Positions 55,038-64,000 of a stretch of DNA of 64,000 nt are shown here, in pieces. The translations under genes and the position numbers were made by a program. Numbering within the stretch: position 1 is the stretch's first letter; each line of letters starts with the position of its first letter. The notes beneath the pieces were generated by a model. It was not told where the DNA came from. It did no database searches and saw only the letters and a list, made by a program, of their open reading frames with translations. The DNA lies in assembly GCA_044892525.1 (NCBI GenBank), contig CM097885.1:27530001-27594000 (forward strand), written 5' to 3'. The DNA is from Schmidtea polychroa (lineage: Eukaryota).

Positions 55038-55812
55038 TCACAACTCTTGCTTATCATCATATTCCAATTGTATACTCCATTTCTCACCAATCACAACCCC
55101 TGGGTTCCGGATCACTAATAACAATCGGTCACTCATATAGAAAAATTCCATTTCATTGGCTTTTAGAGTTTTATCGGTCAAAATGATTTTCGACGGCTTC
55201 ATTTTCAAACCACAAATTACAACTCTTTCCAGCTTTGATGATCCGAATTCCTTAGACTGTGAAGATTTCGAATTCTCGTCGATGTTTGTAACGAGAAGTT
55301 GATGGTTTTTGAATATTATTGAAAAGTATTCAAATTGGTTATCGGTTTTGTAGCGAAGAGAGTGCAAATCATCAATATAGAGATTCCCAGAGGCTGTCTG
55401 GTTGTCGCTGAGAAATACAAGGAATGTATATGGATCGAATCGGCCTAGATAAGAAGATCGACGAACTCGTTCTTTGCGTGGAATAATTGAGCCACCACGA
55501 TAAAATACGGGAATATTGTTAATGGTCACGGGTAACGTTATAACACGACCACCGTCATAAAGTTTCCATCCGGAATGCAAATACCACAAATCCGGTGGTA
55601 AATACACGTCAACGGTCGATGCACCGGGATCAGTGACGGGTTTAACGAGAATCGATGGTCCTACCATAAACTGGTCGTCAATGTTGAAATTATTGCTATC
55701 TGAAGGGAAATAAAACCATATTGGTGACAAAACTGGAGCATTTGAGGTTTCAGATTGATGAAATAAAGTGTACCAGTAAGGCAATAATTTGTAGCGTTCT
55801 TGAAGAGAATTA
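55038..55812 (-). CDS. GANAB: Neutral alpha-glucosidase AB (glucosidase II alpha, GH31), last exon
   Basis: RYKLLPYWYTLF, DDQFMVGPSILVKPV, IPVFYRGGSIIPRKERVRRSS, DPYT and GNLYIDD. Acceptor tttcag at 55813. Ends DDKQEL*. Confidence 0.93.
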
Positions 55813-56164
55813 CTGAAACAAAGTATTATTGTTATCATTATGTAGCAGTTGATTGGTTAAAAAAAATTAAATTATTTAGAAATAATGGAAAGATAACAGA
55901 AAGGTGAGTTTGCAGATGGAAAAAATTTTCAAATTTAGAAAGATGGACAACAAAATTGTGTTTTCAATAATCCGATAAAAAATTTTAAGTGCTGATATGA
56001 ATGGTTATTCAAATTAAGATAGATAGGTTGCGCAACAGTAATTGTTTTCTGATAAGAGTAACATATTTATGTATTATATTATATTAGCAGGAGCTGTTTA
56101 TCCCCCATCGGGTTACAATATGCAACTAATATTATTTAAACAGTGAAATTAACAATAATAATGT

Positions 56165-56310
56165 TTTATCAATTTAATTATCAATTTAATAATCAATTTA
56201 ATAATTAATTTAATAATTAATTTAATAATAAATTGAATAATTAATTTAATAATCAATTAAATAATCAATTTAATAATTAATTTAATAATCAATTTAATAA
56301 TTCAATAATC
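56165..56310. repeat. 12-bp minisatellite (TAAT(T/C)AATTTAA)n
   Basis: Tandem aat(c/t)aatttaat units within the GANAB intron. Confidence 0.8.
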
Positions 56311-58182
56311 TGTCAATAATATCAAATTAAAACACATGCTTTTTAATATTCTAACCAGATTTATAATTCTTAAATAAATCCAATAAATAACAAACTAGAA
56401 AAATGAAATAATTTTTATTTTTTAAAGTGGGTTTCGGTCTATGGCAGTTAGAAATATCTATGAGGAAAATGTTTATAGGGAAATTTTTATTAGTAGGTTT
56501 AACTAAGAAAGTAAGGCTAACGTGGTTCCATACATTGGAAATCAAGAATCAATTTCGTTCGCGTCTGATAAGGCAAAAAGTAGTTCAACTTTAATACGGA
56601 TATAATGAAAATGGTGCTGAAGAATGTAATATTCAACGAGTACATCACGAGCTTAATTAGAAAATTTGAAAGATTAGGAAGCCTAAATAATGTTCTAAAC
56701 CAGTTTTAGCATCAAGTGTAGAAAATTCGGCTGAACTAAGAAAATCATTGTTGAACGCTCTTCAAAATTCCAGTAGACGTCATTCTTTAAAGTTCGGTAT
56801 CAGCGATAGAAATGTTTGTTGAATCTTAAAAAAGATTACGGTGAGACTTTGCATCCATCAAGTGATACGAAGTTTGACTAATAAAGATCAAGGCAAGCAA
56901 TTTGAGTTTTGTAATCATTTTCGTGAATAGTCAATGAAGATGATATCTTTGTTGATATATGGGTCAGGTGAAGCAGCGTTCAGTTTAAATGAATATATCA
57001 ATCGTGATGGGAATAATAATGTTTATCGAGATAATTATTTACATAATTCCGGACAAAATAACATTTGCCTTCAACTGAGATGTATTGAAAAAGGTTTCAG
57101 GTGGTCCAAAGGCGAGAAACGATTATTCTAATCATTAGAATCTGGTATATATAAAGTTAGCAAATTTCTCTGCGAAAAAATATTGTTTTTCAATTATTTA
57201 CTGTATGCAATTAGATTCAATTTTGCACAAACATTAATGTGATTGAAATTATTTTTTTATAAAAGCATTTTTTTGTATCTTAATTGGAGTTTTATAAAAC
57301 TTTGGTAAATTAAATTAACTTTCTGTAAAAGTTTTTTTTGATAATGGTTTTGTATATTTTTGGTGGAATAATTGAACGGCTGATAGAAAACAGTGCACGT
57401 TTTGCAATGCCAAATTAGCTGTTTCTTGTGGCATTGAGTGTTAAAAATAGAGCTTGACGACTATATATATATATATAGTGTGGATTTCCAAATTGAGTAG
57501 CTTGTGGAGTCAGAAATGAAGCGCAATCAATTGTTATTTAACTGACATTTATAATTAAATCCAACAATTACAGAAAAACATATATGAAACAAAAGAATAA
57601 ATTTGAAATGAACAGTAAGAGAAAATAAAAGCTAGGAAAAATATCTAATCTAAACTAAATGAATGAATATTGAGCAATATTGAGCACATGTGGTTCAATA
57701 TGTTCACCAATAATTGCTTTACTGTCACTGATATCCACAGATTTATGACACGTTGTCAGGCAGATTTCGAACAATTTACTTTCACTCAGATTATTTGGTA
57801 TTTATTTATTTTTTTCATTTCTTTTTCCAATAAAAGACATTATAAATAATTGTAACTTGATAATAAAAATATAAAATATAAATTATTATTATTATTAAAT
57901 TTTGTATTGGAATAATCAGTAGCCATTTTAGATAGAAATATTCATTTAATAAACACTGTGAAAACTATTTACCTATTGGAATTATTGGAATAATCATTTC
58001 GCTATATTGAGAAGTTGTTAATATTATTACTTATTATTAAAATCAAATATAATTAGGAAATGTTGAAAATACTTACTGTTCTCAATTAGGAGGCGAAACG
58101 GAAATTAAGTTAAGCGGGATATTAGTAAATTTATAATATTTGAAATTTAAAAGGCATCAAATGAAACAAATGATTGACTTAC

Positions 58183-58394
58183 CGAACAATTTTGATATTT
58201 TCACTGGGTAATAAATACGGCTCCCTGCGTTTTGTGTCAAGATGCGCGTGTGCCCGAAAGAACGGATGAAAAGCTGCAGCCTGATACCATCGGGTAAGTA
58301 ATTCACTATCGGGATTACCGAAAAATCCTCCTACGTCAGCTCCACAAAATGTCAATCCAGCTACTGATAAACTCAAAAGCATCGGAGTAGTGAT
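58183..58394 (-). CDS. GANAB: GANAB internal exon
   Basis: [61 protein letters not shown]. Donor CG|gtaagt is phase-compatible with the last exon. Confidence 0.93.
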
Positions 58395-58443
58395 CTATTG
58401 AAATAATGAGAATCTAGTGGAAATACATTAATGTAATCCACAC

Positions 58444-58650
58444 TTTCAAATGATCCCAAGATGCTGTATTATCACCGGTCCACACTGAGCCGAACCTCTG
58501 ACTACCAGCAAAGAAAGCTCGAGTGAGAATAAAAGGTCTCTCTTTGTGATTAGATCTTAATTCCTGACCCTCCCAAGAAGCTCTATGAACTTGTAAACCA
58601 TAAAGGTTATGCACGTCTCTATGTTCCCATTTTCCCAAATGAATTGCATC
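58444..58650 (-). CDS. GANAB: GANAB internal exon with the catalytic acid/base WTGDN motif
   Basis: [18 protein letters not shown]...[32 protein letters not shown], followed by a 49-bp intron. Upstream exons (WNDMNE nucleophile) were not found in the window. Confidence 0.93.
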
Positions 58651-59311
58651 CTGGATTGATTGAAATAAGCCCATTGATAAATGCATATATACAAATCTCT
58701 CATGGTTGTTTAATTATCATAATTGTGAATAGAGAAATGTCAAAATAATGTCAAAACATTTGAAAATTAAATATAAATTTTTCGTTTATCAATATTTAAT
58801 GACCAATCAAACAATGAAAATAAATTCAATGATTTACTAATTTCGATTTTATCAATAAATTAAAATTATAAACAAATTCTGGAACTTCAAAATGCACTTT
58901 TTCCAGAATGGTTTCCCAATATTAATTATTATTAATATTATTTTAAGGACTTCTATAAATATTTTAAGATATTATGAACTAATTATAGAATCTTTAAAAA
59001 TTTTAGTGTTTCGTTTTGATTTTTAAAGGAAAAATTATTATTATTATTAATTAAAATTATTTAAAAAAAAATTTTAATTCTTCAGAAAAGAAGTTTATTA
59101 TTTTTAACCAATAAGAAGTAAGAAAATGGAAATAAAATAGAAGCATTTTGAAAATAGAAGAAATAGAAGATTCCATGAAATTGACCAGGGCTATCTTATA
59201 GTGGAAATTTTTTTCATTTGTATTAAATATATTATTCGCAGCAAAAGGATTAAATTATCATTTAATTGTTTAAAAATTAATTAATGCTGCTACCAAGTAA
59301 TCATCACTTTA

Positions 59312-59388
<77 letters not shown>
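59312..59388. repeat. (ATT)n microsatellite
   Basis: ATT run. Confidence 0.95.
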
Positions 59389-59389
<1 letters not shown>

Positions 59390-59805
59390 TTGGTTGCAAG
59401 TACTCATCAATTAAAAGCAGGATTTCGTAATAATTGTGAAAAACAAAAGTTAATAATAAAATAACATTTTTAAATTTCTAGTTACGTAAGGTATGAAACA
59501 ATTTATCATGGCGCGTTTCTAAATTCAATCGGTGAAGCATCAAACTATTATTTTAAATCATTTCAGTATTGAAAATATAACTATTTTTTTTGTAAAAAAT
59601 AAATTATTGTGAAAAAAATCTTTTATAAATAAAGTGCTATAAAATCAAATAGATTTGGATCGAGTACGCGTAGTCCTCGCAGTTGCAAGAGAAAAATGGT
59701 TTCATTGATACACGAAAAGAATCAATTCTAAGTCTAATAAATTCACAATCTTTTAATCCATATTCGTCTAACTTTCATAATATTTGCGACTTTGAAAATA
59801 CTTAA

Positions 59806-59886
59806 CCCTTTCAACACTGAAGATGACATAGAAATAATTTTTCAAAAATGTTTGGGATATAAAATATCCCAGGAGTGTTGTAAGGG
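59806..59886. mobile_element. 81-bp piggyBac-type mini-MITE
   Basis: TTAA-CCCTTTCAACACT ... AGTGTTGTAAGGG-TTAA. Confidence 0.75.
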
Positions 59887-61787
59887 TTAAAATCAGGTGT
59901 TTTTATTGTAGTCTAATAAAGGACGCTTATGGAGTATTTATTCCAGATCGCCACCAAATTCGGTATATAAAAAGGTCAATGAGATATATATGCTGGAAAA
60001 AAGTTTAGGCTGTTGGGGAAAATTTGGAATAGAGTTAAAGCCCTTCGAATTTTTATAAATTAAAAATTTTGAGATCGATTTTTCAATTAAAGCAAGTTTA
60101 TAATTTCATAATGCTCAATAAAATTTTTATTTCTTTATTTTTTCATTAGTACTTATTTCATAACACTAATTCACTTCACCAAGATATAAAAAAATTGAAG
60201 TATTCCCAGTATATTAATAATTACAAAAAATTCGTCAACCCAAAATGTTCCACTGTTCATTGGATATCAGTCAAAATATCTCTTTCTTTTAGTTTTTAGT
60301 TTTTTATGTTTTAGTGTTCTTTTGCAAAGTTTTGCATAGCAAATATGCTATTTGGTATTTTTCAAATAATTTTAAATATGACCTCTAATTAAAAAATCGA
60401 TCAAAAAAGTTTTTATTTACAAACATTTGAAGTTCTATATCCCACACTATGTTGAAAGCAGCAATTGAAAATATATTCTAAGACAAAAACAAAATAACTT
60501 TTCCATGAACCCTCGCATAATTATAATTTTGTTATTCAAATAATGAAATTAATTTAAAAAAATTTTTAATTTTAGATTATTAAAAAAAACAATAGTAAAA
60601 GCCGTATTAAAATTGTTTTTTGTTAATACAGCAGAATGTCATTAAAACCAGATCAATTTCACTCATCATTTCTTTGAAAGTTTGCTATAATCATTTATCT
60701 ATTATTATGTACCAGAAGGATCATTTATTATTCAATCTGATTGATAACATTTATCAATAAAATATTATATAATAATGAATCAACGCTATAATATGATCAA
60801 ATAATACAGAAAATATATCATTATAATTCTAATTCATCAATTTTATTTGTCATATTATAATGTGCGGCCTATATAAACAAAGTCGAGATTTTTCTCAGTA
60901 AAAAAATACAGTGCACAAATTGATTTTTATTTTTATAAAAAATTAATTAATATTTAAAGTTAATTTTTGTGTTACTTTTATCATTAATAATAAAATATTT
61001 TTCAGTGTAAAATTACTCCATTTCCTTTTCATTGATATTTGGAATAGCATTATGCATTTTCGATTCAAATAAAAATTTACTTATTCCTGTGGTTTTGATA
61101 CCATTCGAAATGGATTCATTGAGAAATAATGAAAAAAGATTTATTATGGAAAGTCGAAACTTTTTAACGGAGTTGCAAAAGAATATGGAAAGAAAAAGCA
61201 TTTTGTTTTTGTTCAATAATGAAAATGAAATACAGATATCCTTACATTGATGGAAGAAGTTGTAATTAGGTATAGATTGAATGAAAAAAGAATAAGACAA
61301 TTTCTCTGAATGAAATAATTTGAAAACAGTTTGACTTCTAGTCATAATGAAAATAAATCAAATATTAAAAGAAAATAAATCAAATAGGAATAGAAAATAA
61401 AGGATTTTATTGATCTTTTTGATGGCTTTAATTATCCAGCAAAATACCTATGTGGCACTCTTATCGAATGCATTATCTTATGCATTATTTAATGTTTTTT
61501 GTAAATCGTTAATTTATCATCTACATTTCCTTAAATGTTAATCTTATATTTTAATTTTGGAATTGTGTCAGTAAACAGTTGGAAATCCATACATGTTTCT
61601 GAGGACTTTCCATCCTTACATATAACACAAAGAATTTATTCCGTGTTATATCATAAATTCTGTCCCTTTTTATACAAGACCTCTGGACATTTTTAATTTC
61701 CTCTAACTTCATTTCTTTTCTTACTATAGATCAATATATAATCTATTACCATGAATTTTCGACACAGCCTTTATTAAGTGTTATACA

Positions 61788-62446
61788 CATGGCCGTAACT
61801 AGACAGGAGCACTTGCACAGATCGAATGGCGCCTCTCAAAAAAAAATTCAACTCAGTTATTTAATTTGCTTATTTTGATATATAAAATGGATATAAAAGC
61901 GTTGAAAGGCAGTTCAAATTGAGAAATATTTTTTAGAAAAAAATGGTAAATTACACTAACATAAGTGCCGCTACATGTTTATACGAATATATAAGAATAT
62001 ATATGTTGCGTTAAGAATATCTCTAACCCAGTCAGTGACTACCGCTTCTTGTGAGAGGAATTTTAGTAAACTGAAGTTAATTAAAAATTACTTACGATCG
62101 ACCCTCTCACAAGAGCGTTTATCTAATCTGTCAATTATATCTATGACATGACATAGTGCAGCAAATAGATTGTAATGATTTAATTGATGAATTTGCGAAA
62201 AGAAGCAAGAAAAATATAATTTAAATAAATTTATGTTTTAATCTATTGTTTTTCATAAATATAAAATGAAATTAAAATTACGGACAGAAACAATTGAAAG
62301 AATGATTATTTGGCATTTATTTATTGAAATTGTTACCAAACTTTTTTAAAAAATGAAAGAACAAGAGCATCAGAACTATCAGAGCTATAAAGGGGACCAA
62401 ATTGAAAATTTTGCCCAGAGCCCACAACAAGATATTTACGGCTCCG
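61788..62446 (+). mobile_element. Internally deleted hAT element (659 bp) retaining the dimerisation domain
   Basis: 8-bp TSD GTTATACA (61780-61787, 62447-62454) and imperfect TIR CATGGCCGTA / rc CGGAGCCGTA. Reads VTTASCERNFSKLKLIKNYLRSTLSQERLSNLSIIS...NDLIDEFA. Confidence 0.9.
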
Positions 62447-64000
62447 GTTATACATGTGTATAGATTTTATTTTTTAGCCACTAATTTTAATTTTTGCACC
62501 ACATTATATTGAAATTATGTTTTAAGAATACAGTAAAGAAGTTTTCAGTATTCAATTTTGTTTTCCTTAAATCATAAATAATTTATGATAATAATAATAA
62601 TTTTCACTTTATTTACTGAATACAAGCATTTCAGGTAAAAATGTGTTGGGTTACATTACCATTTTGAAGATAAATAAACGAATAACAATAATAAAACCGG
62701 GATAGTAACAGCATTTTAAGAGGGAAAAAATACTATAAAAACAAATGACTTTCTCAAATACAATTTTTTTCCAAGTAAACCTCAAAATTGTAAATATTTA
62801 CCACTGCTTGCTAATGTGTGCCATTTTTATGGAAATGTAAAATACATAGTAGAAATAATCTGTTTTAACAAGAAAATTATATTCCGATTTAAAATAATAA
62901 ATACCCGCAAATCAATTTAATGTTAATTATATTTTATTATAAATTTCGATCTTTTATCTATATTAAATATTTTTATCAGAAAATCAATTCCAAAATCATT
63001 ATTACATCTAAATAGATAATTTTCTATGTACCAATGTATGACTGTAATGCTATTTAATTATTTTTTAGTTATTGTTGTTTTTATAAAAAGTTTCTACGTG
63101 TTTTATATAAATATTTTGAATATAAAAATACCATTTTAGAATAGAATTACCCGTTTTGATTTATATACTGCTGGGACATAAAACTAACCAATTATATGAA
63201 GTCGAAATATAAACATGAAAAAACGGTCATTATATATCTAGTTAAATCTTTAAATTACTAATAAGGAAGGGAAATGTTGCAAATTGAGGAGGAAATGACA
63301 ACAAAAATGGAAAGTAGAAAGGATAAATAAAGAAGTGTCGATTGGTCGTTGGAGTAAATAATCAAATCAAAGCTATTACAATATTCCTAAATTTAATTTA
63401 TGACTTTGAACTTTTTGAACACGCAAATCTCCAGAGGACTAAATAACACATAACCAGTCACCCGATCGTGTTGAAATTTGACAAATAGACTCATTTTCAG
63501 TGGCTGTGTATTTTATTAAGTTTTGGTGTCACATATACATATACACATAGAAGTTGTGTATCTCAAACTTGAATCTTTAACGACATATTGAATTTTTAAA
63601 TTAAGATTATACAAATTTAAAGATGATTTCAAACAATTTGACAAATAAAGGATTTATACCAAGAAAAACAAAGAAAAATGGAAGTAAAAAGAATAAATAC
63701 AGGAACATCAGTATCGATTGGCATTTGAAATAAATAAGGAGGATGTGGAAAAGTATTATAACTTTCTTAAATTTATTTTATAGGTTTTCTAAATAATATT
63801 ATACGAACTTCTTTCGATTTTCACCTCTGATTTCTTTTCAGTTAGGATTATATTTATAAAAAAATCGACTATGAATTAGTAAAGATATCGATATCTTGAA
63901 TTAAATATAATAAATACAATTTTTAAATAATGTTGACATTTTTTAACTTTATTTGAAAATTATATTTACACTTCCTTTAAAATTGAAAATATTACACTTT

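Noticed and set aside
57479..57739. Solo LTR with TGTGGAT...ATCCACA ends
   Set aside because: The flanks give no target-site duplication and there is no second copy in the window, so support is too weak.
61013..61345. Additional GANAB exon or nested gene
   Set aside because: No GH31 motif (such as WNDMNE) in either ORF and no convincing splice sites.

Overview
This is very AT-rich eukaryotic (animal) genomic DNA. The (AAT)n/(TA)n tracts, a 49-bp intron beside >10-kb introns and the transposon spectrum suggest a planarian-type flatworm, but that is inference. Two spliced genes could be reconstructed by hand. One is a divergent MiT/TFE (MITF-like) bHLH-ZIP gene on + (exons ~9032-9426, 19934-20081, 30417-30788, 35582-35695). 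The other is the 3' half of glucosidase II alpha (GANAB, GH31) on - (exons 58444-58650, 58183-58394, 55038-55812), which ends in a KDEL-like KQEL. There is also a short Cys-rich SAXO-like ORF (43054-43368, -). Most of the rest is mobile DNA: a near-intact DD35D pogo (Passer-type) element; remnants of Gypsy, piggyBac, mariner, Tigger, Merlin, hAT, a KRBA2-like integrase and Penelope-like elements; MITEs; and satellites. The most unusual structures are (i) a ~3.2-kb near-perfect inverted duplication at 1616-4849, (ii) a dispersed family of minimal hammerhead-like motifs with a U3-A8 variant core, and (iii) two diverged, inverted copies of an unidentified two-ORF element that share a conserved GNRA-capped RNA fold and bracket the SAXO-like ORF. 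No CRISPR array, rRNA or tRNA was seen.
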